A program made the translations under genes and the position numbers. 64,000 nt of DNA from an uncultured delta proteobacterium (GTDB lineage: Bacteria; Myxococcota; Myxococcia; Myxococcales; Anaeromyxobacteraceae): NCBI GenBank assembly GCA_963766715.1, contig CAVYBH010000012.1, positions 704,001-768,000 on the forward strand. The letters run 5' to 3'. How positions within the stretch are numbered: the first letter of the stretch is position 1; each line of letters opens with the position of its first letter. A model generated the notes under the pieces. It did not search any database. It saw nothing but the letters and a program-made list of their open reading frames with translations, and was not told the DNA's origin. Of this stretch, positions 31,927 to 43,805 are shown piece after piece.

Positions 31927-33988
31927 CTAGAAGAACCGGCGCATGAGGAGGTTCAGCCCGGCCCCGACGCCGACCGAGAAGGGAAGGACGAAGGCGGCGA
32001 TGGCCATCCCGGTCTTCCATCCCCGCTCCTTCAGGATCATGAGGAAGTTGGCGATGCAGGGGATGAACAGGGTGACGGTGACGAGCGCCACGGTCACCTG
32101 GATCTCCATCACCCGGGTCATGGTCCCCGTCTCCATGTAGGGACGGTAGATCTGGAACAGCCCCGCGGCGGCGTAGTCGCGCCGCAGGAATCCCAGGATG
32201 AAGGCGCTCGCCGACTGCTCCGGCAGCTGCAGGAGGCCGACCACCACCGGCGAGGCCGCCCGCTCCACCACGCCGAGCAGGTGGGTGCGGTCGAGCCCCC
32301 AGAGGAGCAGCGTCCCCAGCACGAAGAGGGGCAGGGCCTCGCGCAGGTACCACTCCATGCGGGCCAGCGTCTTCACCAGCACGTTGCCGAACTGGGGGAC
32401 CCGCAGCGGCGGGAGCTCGAGCACGAAGTCGGAGCCGCGCCCCGGGATGACCCGCGCCGCCAGCCAGCCGACCAGGAAGAGCACGAGGACGATGACGGCG
32501 GTGAACCAGAGGGACGCAGCCAGCGAGAGCCCGCCGAGCATGGCGAAGATGACCGCGATCTGGGCGCTGCAGGGGACGCCGAGCGCGAGCAGGAGCGTGA
32601 CGATGACGCGCTCCTTGCGGGTCTCCATGATCCGGGCGGTCATGGTGGCCATGGTGTCGCAGCCCAGGCCGAGCACCATGGGGAGCACCGCCTTGCCGTT
32701 CAGCCCCATCCACTTGAAGACCTTGTTCACCATCACGGCCAGCCTCGGCAGGTACCCCGAGTCCTCGAGCACGCTGAACGAGAGGAAGAAGGTGGCCACG
32801 ATGGGGAGCACGATGGCCATGCCGTAGGCGAGCCCCATGGAGACGAGCCCGTACCTCCCCACGATGAGCCCGTTGGTGTCGCGGAAGGAGAGGCCCGGGG
32901 GACCGACCAGGAAGTCCTGGACGCCGCCGGCCGGCACGAGCCAGCGCACCAGCGGCCTCGGTCCAGGGCACCAGGTACTCGTAGAAGATGGTGTTCTCGA
33001 AGAAGTCGACCGCCGTCTTGGCGCCGAACACGCCCACGAAGAGGTAGGCGATGGCGAGGACCACGAGCAGGATGGGGATCCCGTAGATCGGGTCGGTCGA
33101 CCAGGCGCCGATCCGGCGGGCCAGCACGCTCCCCGCCGAGACCTTCCCGCGCGTCACCACCAGGTCGTGGAGCCGGTCGGCCGCGGCCAGGCGCTGCCGG
33201 GCGATGACGTAGCGGAGCGACTCCGGATAGCGCGCGGCGAGCGCGCGGCGGCTCTCGTCGAGCCGGGCCAGCTCCGCCTCCCCGATCCGGGAGGCCAGCC
33301 AGGGCCGGAGCGACTCGTCGCCGGCGAGCACCATGAGGGCGAGCGCGCGCCGGGACACCTTTCCCTCCGGCAGGATCGGCTCGATCCCCGCGACCGCCGC
33401 CTCGATGGCCTCGTCGTAGCGGACCCGCAGCCGGGCGGGCCGGGCCTCCGGGATGCGCTCGAGCAGGAGCGGCAGGCCGGTGCGCTGCACCGCGACGGTC
33501 GAGACCACGTCGATGCCCAGCTCGGCGGACAGCCGGTCCACGTCGATCCGGAACCCGCGGGCGGCCGCCTCGTCCGCCATGTTGAGCGCGAGGGTGAAGG
33601 GCACGCCGGCCTCGGCCAGCTGGGCGGCCAGCAGGAGCCCGCGCCGCAGGTTCTTCGCGTCGCACACCTGGAGGCAGACGTACTCCGGCTCCTTCAGGAG
33701 GATGTCCCGGGTGACCTGCTCGTCCTCCGACATGGGCAGCAGGTTGTTCGTGCCCGGCGTGTCGAGGACGTGCCACCGCCCCCCGGAGATCTCCGCCGAG
33801 CCCCTCGTCACCTCGACCGTCGTGCCGGGGTAGTTCGAGACCGTGACGTACTTGCCGGTCAGCGCCCCGAAGAGGACGCTCTTGCCCACGTTCGGGTTCC
33901 CGACCAGGACGAGCGTCCGGGGCGCCGCCACGATCTCCTTGTGATCGAGCGGCTCGGTTCGCGCGGCGGCGGCGGACGAACGGGTCAC
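31927..33988 (-). CDS. feoB: Ferrous iron transporter FeoB; +1 indel at ~32955
   Basis: GNPNVGKS, NYPGTTVE, DTPG, NMAD; LEDSGYLPR, GLGC, PCSAQ, ELPP, IPC. Confidence 0.95.
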
Positions 33989-34497
33989 GGCCGCACGTCC
34001 CGGGCGCCGGGTTCGCCGCGGCGGCAGCGCTCGCAGCGCCCGTAGAGCTCCAGCTTGTGGCTCTCCACCTCGAAGCCGTGGCTCCGGGCCACCCGGATCT
34101 GGAGCTCCTCGATCTTCTCGTTCTCGAACTCGACGATGCGCCCGCAGCCCGTGCAGATGAGGTGATCGTGGTGGGAGCGGCCGCTGGCCGGCTCGTAGCG
34201 GGTCTGCCCGTCCTCGAACCGGCGCGGGACCGCAATCCCGCACTCGGCGAGCAGCTTCATGGTCCGGTACACGGTGGCCACGCTCACCCGGGCGTCGAGC
34301 GCGCGGACCCGGGCGACCAGCCCGTCCACGGGCACGTGGCCGCCCATGGCGTAGAAGGTCTCCACGATCACGTCGCGCTGCCGGGAGTGCTTGAGCCCCC
34401 GCTCCTCGAGCCAGTGCCCGAGCCGGGCCAGCGCGGCCGGGGCGCCGTCGACCGGTGCCTCGGCGCTCGTTCGTTCGGTCTTTCGTCGAGAGGGCAT
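33985..34497 (-). CDS. fur: Ferric uptake regulator
   Basis: SRQR, SVATVYRT, HHDHLICTGCG, ELYGRCERC. Confidence 0.93.
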   Translation of the reverse strand: MPSRRKTERTSAEAPVDGAPAALARLGHWLEERGLKHSRQRDVIVETFYAMGGHVPVDGLVARVRALDARVSVATVYRTMKLLAECGIAVPRRFEDGQTRYEPASGRSHHDHLICTGCGRIVEFENEKIEELQIRVARSHGFEVESHKLELYGRCERCRRGEPGARDVRP

Positions 34498-34500
34498 ATT

Positions 34501-34519
34501 GATAACGATTCTCATTATC
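34501..34519. promoter_or_regulatory. Fur box
   Basis: GATAACGATTCTCATTATC, 16/19 match to GATAATGATAATCATTATC, 3 nt before the fur ATG. Confidence 0.9.
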
Positions 34520-34574
34520 CCATGACGGACGAGAAGGCAAGCGGGAACTGCGCCCGGCCCGGCCGCACCCGCTC

Positions 34575-35189
34575 CTAGGGAGGGAAGGCGACGCCGCGCG
34601 AGGACCAGAAGGTGCGCCAGCGCTGCGCCGCCTCGGGCCCCTCCCCGCCTGCATCGTGTCCCGCCAGCGCGACGAGCGATGCGCTGGCCTGCCGGCGCAC
34701 CTCGGCGGAAGGGTCCTCGAGGAGGGTGACCAGCCGGGGCACGTACCGCCGGGCATCCGCCTGCGTGCGATGGCGGGCCAGCTCCGCCGCCATGGCGCGG
34801 GCCTCCGGATCGGCCGCGCGCAGCTGCCGGGTCAGGTCGACCGGCGGGGTCGCGCCGGATGCCTTCCACTTCTCGACCGATCCCGGCAGGAAGAGCACGA
34901 GCACGAGCGCGAGGAATCCCAGCTGAACGAAGGCCTTCCCGGCGTGGTAGCGCCCGGCGCGGACGAGCGTGTAGCGGTAGGCGGTGAAGCCGATGGCGAA
35001 GGCGCCGAGCAGCAGCGGGGCCACGAGGAGCTCGGGGCGACGCCCGGCGCCGGCGCCGGGCTCGTTGCCGCCCGGGATGAGGAGAGCCGCCGCCGCCGCG
35101 CCGAGGAGCAGGAGGTAGAGCACGACCCGCGCGGAGCGGGCCGCCGGGGTGAGTTCCCGGTCGCGGGGTTCGGGGGGCATCCGGGCCAT
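34575..35189 (-). CDS. Membrane protein (3 TM) with C-terminal HEAT repeats
   Basis: TM segments, then DPEARAMAAELA and LVTLLEDPSAEVRRQA. Confidence 0.75.
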   Translation of the reverse strand: MARMPPEPRDRELTPAARSARVVLYLLLLGAAAAALLIPGGNEPGAGAGRRPELLVAPLLLGAFAIGFTAYRYTLVRAGRYHAGKAFVQLGFLALVLVLFLPGSVEKWKASGATPPVDLTRQLRAADPEARAMAAELARHRTQADARRYVPRLVTLLEDPSAEVRRQASASLVALAGHDAGGEGPEAAQRWRTFWSSRGVAFPP

Positions 35190-35252
35190 CTTATCAACCG
35201 CCGCGCCGCACTCCACGAATCTGCCCGCGGAACCGGCGCGGTCCGGCGGGGC

Positions 35253-36461
35253 GTGCCCGGGTCCCGGGGCGGTCGCCGCCTCGCCTGCCGGCTCGTCGCA
35301 CTTGACTGGCGAGCCTCCCTGCCGCACCTTGCCCCGCGATGCCCGGAGATCGACCGCGAGTTCCTTCACCGGGCCGTCCGCTGGTGCGCCGAGTCCGGCC
35401 GCCCGGCCCGCGAGGAGGACGTCCGCACCGTCCTCGAGCCCCTCGGCTGGGACGAGTTGCTGGCGGTGAAAGCCACCCTGGCCGACCCGCCCCCGGCGCG
35501 GAATCTCTCCCCCGCCGACCTGGTGGCGCTGTCCCGCAGCGGGCCCCAGCCTTCCCTCGGCCGCGAAGGACCGGGAGGCGCCCGTCCGCGCGAGCGCCGA
35601 GGAAGAAGGGGGCCCGCGCGCCCCGGCCGGCAGCCGGACCGCGAATCCGGCGGGCCCGGGACCAGGTCGCCGTCTCCCGCGCCGGGAATGGCCGCCCTCC
35701 CCCTCCTCGACGGGCTCTTCCGCGAGTCGGGGCGGGCGGAGCTCGGCCGCCTCGTCCGCCGCACGGGGGCCAATCGCATCGCCCTGCTCGCCGACCTGGC
35801 GACCCGCTGGGCCTCCGGAGCGGGAGCGCCCCCCACGAGCGACGACCTGGACCGCCTCCTCGAGCACCACGGGCTCACCCGGGGCTTCGCCGAGCGGGAG
35901 CGGGCCCTCTACCTGCACGCGGTCCGCAAGCACGGCGGCGTGATGATCCGGATGGCGCGCGAGCTGGGTGCGACGCCGGAGGACATCCGGGGCGCCATCG
36001 ACCGGCTCGGCCTCCGCGCCGCGACCGACTCGGTGCGCGAGCTCCGCCGGCGGGTCCTCGATCGCAAGGCGACCCTCTCGGAACGCGCCCGCCTGCTCGA
36101 CGAGGAGGCGGATGCCCTGGCCGACCTCGGGCTCCTGGCCCGCTACGAGGACGACCTCCGCCGGCGGCTGCCGGAGCACCTCCGCGCGCTCTCCGTCGGT
36201 GGGCGCAGCCCGTCGGCGGCCGACCTGGGGCGCAGCCTGTCCCTCTCCCGGAGCGCGGTGGACCGCCTGGTGCTCCGGTTCGGGCTCCGGCTCCGACCCT
36301 CCCCGGCCGGACGAGGCGAGCGGTCGGAACGCCCCGAGCAATCGGGCCGTCCCGGCGCCCCCCGGCGACCTGGACCGCGCGGCGCAGGTGCGGGCGCAGG
36401 CGCACCCCGGCGCCCATCCGGGACGCGCCCGCCGCCCCGGGGCGGCCGCCGTCCACTTTGA
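35253..36461 (+). CDS. Hypothetical protein with two HTH-like segments (start uncertain)
   Basis: Coding-like frame; Fis-like HAVRKHGGVMIRMARELG and SAADLGRSLSLSRSAVDRL. Confidence 0.6.
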   Translation: MPGSRGGRRLACRLVALDWRASLPHLAPRCPEIDREFLHRAVRWCAESGRPAREEDVRTVLEPLGWDELLAVKATLADPPPARNLSPADLVALSRSGPQPSLGREGPGGARPRERRGRRGPARPGRQPDRESGGPGTRSPSPAPGMAALPLLDGLFRESGRAELGRLVRRTGANRIALLADLATRWASGAGAPPTSDDLDRLLEHHGLTRGFAERERALYLHAVRKHGGVMIRMARELGATPEDIRGAIDRLGLRAATDSVRELRRRVLDRKATLSERARLLDEEADALADLGLLARYEDDLRRRLPEHLRALSVGGRSPSAADLGRSLSLSRSAVDRLVLRFGLRLRPSPAGRGERSERPEQSGRPGAPRRPGPRGAGAGAGAPRRPSGTRPPPRGGRRPL

Positions 36462-36492
36462 ACCGCGGCCCTCCGGCTCCTATGATCGGCCC

Positions 36493-36837
36493 ATGCCAAT
36501 CTACGAGTACCTCTGCGAGGGCTGCGGGAACGTCAACGAGAAGCTCCAGAAGGTGAACGACCCGCCGCCCGCGAAGTGCGAGGAGTGCGGGAGCCGGAAG
36601 CTCGCCAAGCTGGTCTCGAGAAGCGCGTTCCAGCTGAAGGGCGGAGGCTGGTACTCCGACCTCTACGCCTCGTCGAAGGAGAAGTCCCCCCCGTCGAAGG
36701 ACGGCAAGGAGGGCTCGGCCTCCGCGCCCGCCGCCGAGGCCAAGCCGGCAGCGAAGACGGACTCCGCCCCCGCCCCGGCGGCTGCGGCCACGGAGAAGAA
36801 GGACAAGAAGCCGAAGAAGGCGGACTCGCCCGGCTGA
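36493..36837 (+). CDS. FmdB-family zinc ribbon protein
   Basis: MPIYEYLCEGCG...CEECG...FQLKGGGWY. Confidence 0.9.
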   Translation: MPIYEYLCEGCGNVNEKLQKVNDPPPAKCEECGSRKLAKLVSRSAFQLKGGGWYSDLYASSKEKSPPSKDGKEGSASAPAAEAKPAAKTDSAPAPAAAATEKKDKKPKKADSPG

Positions 36838-36852
36838 CGCCGCGCCCGGCGG

Positions 36853-37220
36853 CTACTTGGGCTTGGGCGCCGGCTTGCCCTTCTCGAACGAGGCGTTGTC
36901 GCCGAACTTGGCGACAATCTGCTTCTTCGTCTTCAATCCCGTCTGCTCGATGACGAAGTTGGGAACCCGGCGAGCCCGGCAATCCGCCACCCACCGCTCG
37001 AGCTCGGCGCGCGGGGCGGCGCGAACGGCCGCCTTGCGGGCGCCCTTCGCCCTCCCTTGCCGACGGCCTTGGCGACCTGGGCCCGAAGCTCCTCGTCGAT
37101 CCGCACCGCGAGAATCTCCGCGATTGCGCGCGAGATACCGGCGGAGGCGCGCTCCACCACGCTCTCCACGGCCTGAAGGATGACGTCCTCTGCGCTCTGA
37201 CGGCTGGCTCGACGGGGCAT
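36853..37220 (-). CDS. Small basic hypothetical protein; one indel at ~37052
   Basis: AAGGAGG RBS; helical N-part joins RWVADCRARRVPNFVIEQTGLKTKKQIV... after a G-run indel. Confidence 0.7.
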
Positions 37221-37339
37221 TCCCCCTCCTTGTGAAAATGGATCCTGCAATTGCATTCAATAGGAGATCGATTGCGCAGGCAAATATCCCGTATTTCCCT
37301 ATTGCGCAAATCGGGCGGGGATCTGGTAGGTTCCCGCCG

Positions 37340-37423
37340 GGCCCTCTGGCGAAACGGTAGACGCGCTCGACTCAAAATCGAGTGGGGTCAACCCCCATCC
37401 CGGTTCGAGTCCGGGGAGGGCCA
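37340..37423 (+). tRNA. tRNA-Leu(CAA), CCA not encoded
   Basis: GGCCCTC/GAGGGCC acceptor stem; CTCGA-CTCAAAA-TCGAG; variable arm. Confidence 0.93.
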
Positions 37424-37486
37424 TTTCCCCTTGCGGGGGCGGGTCGGCGCCGTGTATCCATCCCGCACCTCCCCCACGGAGCATCC

Positions 37487-38215
37487 ATGTACAACCTCCT
37501 CATCAGCCTGGCCGCCGGCCTCGCCGTGACGCTCGCGGTGAGATTCGGGACCAACGTCGGCTGGGTCGGCTCCGTCGTCCCGGGCCTGCTCGCCTTGATG
37601 GTCGCCTATTTCCTGCTCGCCCGGCGGACCTGGAAGCAGCTCGAGGCCCTGATGGGGACCGTCCAGAAGGAATTGCTCGCCCAGAAGCTCGATCGGGCGC
37701 TGCAGACCCTCGAGGGGGGGTTCGCGCTCGCGCCCTGGCAGTTCCTGGTGGCGTCGCAGATCCACTCCCAGATTGGCGTCCTCCGCTACGTCCGGCAGGA
37801 CTTCTCGGGAGCCTTTCCCCACCTCCAGAAGAGCTTCTCCCGGCACGGGGTGGCGCGCACCATGCTCGCCCTCTCCCACTACCGGAAGAAGGACCTCGAA
37901 GGCATGCGGAAGGTGTTCGACGACGCGGCCAAGGACAACAAGAAGGACGGCCTGCTCTTCGCGACCTGGGCATGGGTCGAGGAGAAGGAAGGGGCGCACG
38001 ATCGGGCCATCGCGGTGCTGGCCCGGGGGCTGAAGACCAACCCGTCCGACGAGAAGCTCAAGGCGGCCGCGCAGGCCCTCCAGAACGACAAGCGGCTCAA
38101 GCTGGGCAAGCTCTACGGGGAGCAGTGGTTCCAGTTCCACCTGGAGCAGATGCCGCCCCAGATGGCGCCCGCCGGCGGACGCGGCGGCCGCCGGATCGTC
38201 TACCAGCGCAGGTAG
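37487..38215 (+). CDS. Membrane-anchored TPR protein
   Basis: Two N-terminal TMs, TPR-like helices (AIAVLARGLKTNPSD). Confidence 0.75.
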   Translation: MYNLLISLAAGLAVTLAVRFGTNVGWVGSVVPGLLALMVAYFLLARRTWKQLEALMGTVQKELLAQKLDRALQTLEGGFALAPWQFLVASQIHSQIGVLRYVRQDFSGAFPHLQKSFSRHGVARTMLALSHYRKKDLEGMRKVFDDAAKDNKKDGLLFATWAWVEEKEGAHDRAIAVLARGLKTNPSDEKLKAAAQALQNDKRLKLGKLYGEQWFQFHLEQMPPQMAPAGGRGGRRIVYQRR

Positions 38216-38304
38216 CCGACGTCGCACCGCTCGCGCTTTACAGCGTTCGCAACGGCCTGTAGCCTTTTCGCCAGCGGAAGGGTTCGCGTCCTCGGGGGAG
38301 GCAT

Positions 38305-39558
38305 TTGAAAGAGCAGGCTGGCGGGGAGCGCGCGCCGGAAGACGTCGCCGGGCGGACCGGGAACGGGGAGCGGACGGCTCGGAGCCGCCGATCCCGGCGT
38401 CCGCCGCGGACCGGCTCTGCGCGGAGATCCGCGACCGGGCACGCCAGCTGGCCGAGCGGGCTCGCGGCCTGGGCTCCACCGACCCTGGCGTGGCTCGCCA
38501 CGCCAGGTCCCGCCTCCTCGAGGTGGACGCGGAGACCATCGCCGACCTCGCCGAGGACCTGCTCCGGGTGGGCGCGGGCCTGGCCGCCTCCGGGAGCACC
38601 TTCGACCTCCTCACCGGGAGCGTGGGCGCGGGCCCCGGGGAGCGACCGCGCATCCTGATCGCGGAGGACGACGAGGAGGAGCGCGACGCCATCGCAGCCG
38701 CCCTGGAGGTCGACTACGAGGTCGCGGCGGTCGCGGACGGCAACCTGGCGCTGGCCTCGGCCCGCCTCGGGACCCCCGATCTCGCTGATCCTCGACCTGC
38801 GCCTTCCCGGGATGGACGGGCTGGGCGTCCTCGATGCCATGCGTGGCGACCTGACCACCGCCGAGGTGCCGGTCATCCTCCTCTCCGGCCAGGCCGACGA
38901 CGCCACGCGCGTGCGCGCGCTCGATCTCGGCGCCGCCGACTTCATCCAGAAACCCACCTCGCTCGGCGAGCTGCGCGCACGGATCGAGCGGACCCTTCGC
39001 CACGCCCGCCGCCAGACCCACCTGCGCACGCTGGCCCAGACCGACGTCCTGACCGGGCTCGCCAATCTCCGGGCCTTCCGGATCCGTCTCGACGACGAGG
39101 TCCGCCGGGCCCGCCGGTACGGCACCTCGCTCACCTGCATCATGGCGGACATGGATCACCTGAAGCCGGTGAACGACGCCTTCGGGCACGGCGCCGGCGA
39201 TCGGGCCATCGCCAAGGTGGCCGAGGTGCTGCGCTCGCAGCTTCGCGCCACCGACCTGGGCGCCCGCTACGGCGGCGACGAGTTCGTGCTCCTGCTGCCC
39301 CACACCGGCGCGGTCGACGGGAGCATCCTCGCCGAGCGCCTCTGCGCGCGCCTGGCCACCACCGAGCTCCCGGTCGGGGACCGGAAGGTATCGCTCCGCA
39401 CGTCCTTCGGCGTGGCCGAGCTGGGCCCCGACGACGGGGACGACTCGGGGCTCGAGCTGGTCCGCCGGGCGGACGACGCCCTCTACGCCGCCAAGCGTTC
39501 GGGCCGCGGACGGGTCGAGGTCCAGTCCGGCCCGACCGCGGGTCCTCCGGGCAGCTGA
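38305..39558 (+). CDS. Response regulator-diguanylate cyclase (REC-GGDEF); indels at ~38365 and ~38784
   Basis: ILIAEDD, ILDLRLPGMDG, FIQKP, DVLTG, RATD I-site, GGDEF. Confidence 0.87.
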
Positions 39559-39559
39559 G

Positions 39560-40063
39560 TCATCCGCCCTCCCCCGGCCTGGACGAGGTCACCGACCTCG
39601 CGGTGCCGGTGTCGGCGGGCTCGACGTCCGGGCGCGCCGGGACGGTCAGCTCCACGAGCTCGATGCCGAGCCGCTTGGCGTGATCGAAGATGCGCTCGTC
39701 CCGGTAGAACTCGCCGAACACGATCCGCCTCGCGCCGGAGTTGGCGATCAGCTTGAAGCACGGCCAGCAGGGCGAGGCGGTGGTGTAGATGGTGGCGCCG
39801 TCGATCCCCACGCCGTTCTTGGCGGCCTGGATGATGGCGTTCGCCTCCGCGTGGACGGTGCGCACGCAGTGGCCGTCCTCCATCATGTGCCCCTCCTCGC
39901 TGCAGTGGCCGAGGCCGCGGATGGAGCCGTTGTAGCCGGTGGACAGCAGGGTCCGGTCCCGGACCAGGACCGCCCCCACGTGCTTGCGGTCGCAGGTGGC
40001 GCGGGTGGCCACCATGCGCGCGATGTTCATGAAGTACTCGTCCCAGCTGGCGCGCCAATCCAT
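39560..40063 (-). CDS. dCMP deaminase (ComEB-like)
   Basis: WDEYFM, TGYNG, HAEANA, PCWPC. Confidence 0.9.
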   Translation of the reverse strand: MDWRASWDEYFMNIARMVATRATCDRKHVGAVLVRDRTLLSTGYNGSIRGLGHCSEEGHMMEDGHCVRTVHAEANAIIQAAKNGVGIDGATIYTTASPCWPCFKLIANSGARRIVFGEFYRDERIFDHAKRLGIELVELTVPARPDVEPADTGTARSVTSSRPGEGG

Positions 40064-40191
40064 CCACCCTCCCGGGGTCGGCCGCGCCGGGAGGGCGCGG
40101 CGGGAAGGGCATCCTAGCCCAGGACCCCGACGCCCTGCCGGCCGGTCCCGGAATTCCAGCGGGCCGCCCCCTGGTGTACCCTCGGTTCAAC

Positions 40192-41721
40192 GTGCCGGAC
40201 CTCTCGCGCGACACCATCATCGGGATCGATCTGGGAACCTCCAACTCCTGCGCCGCCGTGGCCAGCGAGTCGGGCGAGGTGCGGCTCATCCCCTACAAGG
40301 GCGGCGACTTCATCATCCCGTCCATCTTCGCCATCGACGACAAGGGCAACGAGCTCATCGGGCACGAGGCCAAGCGCCAGTGGCAGCTCAACCCGCGCAA
40401 CACCCTCTACGCGACCAAGCGGCTCATCGGCCGCTCCCCGGTGGACGACGTGGTCGAGAGCGTCCAGCGGTCGGTCCAGTACCGGGTCCACGCCGGGCAG
40501 CGCAACGACGTGGAGCTCGACTGCCACGGCCGTTCCTTCCAGGTCTCGGAGGTGGCTTCCCGCATCCTGGCCAAGATCCGGGACGTGGCCTCCGACAACC
40601 TCGGGTTCCGGGTGGCCCGCGCGGTGGTCACCGTCCCCGCCTACTTCACCGACCGGCAGCGACAGGCCGTGAAGGAGGCCGGCAAGCTGGTGGGGCTCGA
40701 GGTGGTGCGGATCATCAACGAGCCCACCGCGGCGGCCCTCGCCTACGGGCTCGGCAAGCACCTGCGCGAGCGCGTGCTGGTCTACGACCTGGGCGGCGGA
40801 ACCTTCGACGTCTCCATCATCGACATCCGGGATCGCGTCTTCGAGGTGAAGGCCACCGCCGGCGACATCTTCCTGGGCGGCATCGACTTCGACAACGCCA
40901 TGATCGCCTACGTGCTGGCCGACTTCCGGCGCCAGCACGGCGTGGACCTGTCCTCCGACCCGGTCGCCATGCAGCGCATCAAGGACCTGGCCGAGCGCAC
41001 CAAGATCGACCTCTCCGCGCGCACCGAGGTCCCCTTCTCCATCCCCTTCATCACCATGACGCCGCAGGGGCAGCCGCTCAACATCGACATGCGGTTCGAC
41101 CGGGCGCTCCTCGAGCAGCTCACCGAGCCGCTGCTCGACCGGACCATGGAGATCCTGGCGCGGGTGCTCACCGACGCGGGCATCTCCACCGGCGAGATCG
41201 ACAAGGTGATGCTGGTCGGCGGCCAGACCCGCATGCCGGCCATCCAGGAGCGGCTGACCGCCTTCTTCGGGCGGCCGCCGTCGAAGGGCGTCCACCCCGA
41301 CGAGGCCGTCGCCATCGGCGCGGCGCTCTACGGCTGGTCGCTCTCCGCCGGCGGCGAGCAGCGACTGCAGCTGCTCGACGTCATCCCCATGGCCATCGGC
41401 ATCGAGCAGGCCGGCGGCGAGACCCACGTGGTCTTCGGCCACAACGCCGCCATCCCGAACGCGCGCGCCCTCTCCGCCACCAACTCCCGCGACGGCCAGA
41501 CCGAGCTGGTCCTGCGCATCGTCCAGGGAGACCATCCCGAGGCGGCCCGCAACGAGACGCTCGGGGAGTTCACCTTCAGCGGCGTTCGCCCCAGCCCGGC
41601 CGGCGAGGTCCGCCTCGAGATCCTCTTCGAGGTGAACGTGGAGGGGATCCTCTCGGTCCACGCCCGCGACCTGGACACCGGCCGCGAGATGAAGACCACC
41701 GTGCGCGTCACCCAGTCCTGA
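40192..41721 (+). CDS. Hsp70/DnaK paralog lacking the C-terminal lid
   Basis: [31 protein letters not shown]; ends right after SBD-beta. Confidence 0.9.
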   Translation: MPDLSRDTIIGIDLGTSNSCAAVASESGEVRLIPYKGGDFIIPSIFAIDDKGNELIGHEAKRQWQLNPRNTLYATKRLIGRSPVDDVVESVQRSVQYRVHAGQRNDVELDCHGRSFQVSEVASRILAKIRDVASDNLGFRVARAVVTVPAYFTDRQRQAVKEAGKLVGLEVVRIINEPTAAALAYGLGKHLRERVLVYDLGGGTFDVSIIDIRDRVFEVKATAGDIFLGGIDFDNAMIAYVLADFRRQHGVDLSSDPVAMQRIKDLAERTKIDLSARTEVPFSIPFITMTPQGQPLNIDMRFDRALLEQLTEPLLDRTMEILARVLTDAGISTGEIDKVMLVGGQTRMPAIQERLTAFFGRPPSKGVHPDEAVAIGAALYGWSLSAGGEQRLQLLDVIPMAIGIEQAGGETHVVFGHNAAIPNARALSATNSRDGQTELVLRIVQGDHPEAARNETLGEFTFSGVRPSPAGEVRLEILFEVNVEGILSVHARDLDTGREMKTTVRVTQS

Positions 41722-41742
41722 GGGACCGGGCGCCCGGCGCGA

Positions 41743-43020
<1,278 letters not shown>

Positions 43021-43117
43021 TCGGCCCTCTCCACGGGATGCTACACCAGAGGCGGGGCCTACCCAAGGAACCTCGCCGGGAAGAATCCTAACCGGGCGCC
43101 GGACGTCGCGCCGCAGG

Positions 43118-43735
43118 TCATTCTCCGGCCAGCCGCTCGAGCGCGTCGGCCAGGTCCCGGGCTGCGCGACGCAGCGCAGCGGGGATCTCCTTCTCTCCCT
43201 CGCAGGCCTCGGCGAGCCGCCTCGCGGCGCTGGCGATGCGTCCCACCCGCTCCTCCGGGGAGGGCGCCGGCGGACGCGGCGCCGGGCCGAACCGCTCGGC
43301 GATGGCCCGGTTCACCTCGGTTCGCCCCGCCTCGCCGTCCATCACCCCGCCCCGGAGCTCGCCCCAGGTCTCCCCGTCCATCCTGCCCGCCGCCTCGGCG
43401 CGGGAGAGCACCTCGATCACCTCGAAGGGCGGCGCCGAGCGGACGTCGCGGGCCCGCGCCAGCTCCGGCTCGTGGCGTTCCAGGAACCCGTAGGAGAGCG
43501 CCAGCTTCTCGGCCGTGGCGCGTCGCAGGAAGAGCTCCTTCGTGCAGTAGTCCTCGAAGCTGGGGTGGCCCCACTCGCGCCAGGCCTCCTCGCGACGGAC
43601 CTGGGCGAGCATGCGCCCCAGGTCCACCCAGGAAGCCTTGAAACGCCGTGCGCTCTCCAGGACCTTGCGGCGGAGCGACCCCTCGGGCAGCTCGCCGATT
43701 CGCGCATCCAGCCGGGAGACGGCTGCGGTTCCCAC
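43118..43735 (-). CDS. Hypothetical helical protein
   Basis: GAGG RBS + [12 protein letters not shown]...[13 protein letters not shown]. Confidence 0.7.
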   Translation of the reverse strand: MGTAAVSRLDARIGELPEGSLRRKVLESARRFKASWVDLGRMLAQVRREEAWREWGHPSFEDYCTKELFLRRATAEKLALSYGFLERHEPELARARDVRSAPPFEVIEVLSRAEAAGRMDGETWGELRGGVMDGEAGRTEVNRAIAERFGPAPRPPAPSPEERVGRIASAARRLAEACEGEKEIPAALRRAARDLADALERLAGE

Positions 43736-43805
43736 GTGTCCTCGCCTCCTCGCCCCGGTCCGGCGCCATGGCGCCGCCGACGGGGGCGTGCGAACGTAGC
43801 ACGCC

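Noticed and set aside
37230..37490. tRNA-Leu(CAA) and the low-GC patch as an island integration site (also tRNA-Leu at 49275)
   Set aside because: No integrase, no duplicated tRNA 3' end noticed, and flanking genes have host-like composition.
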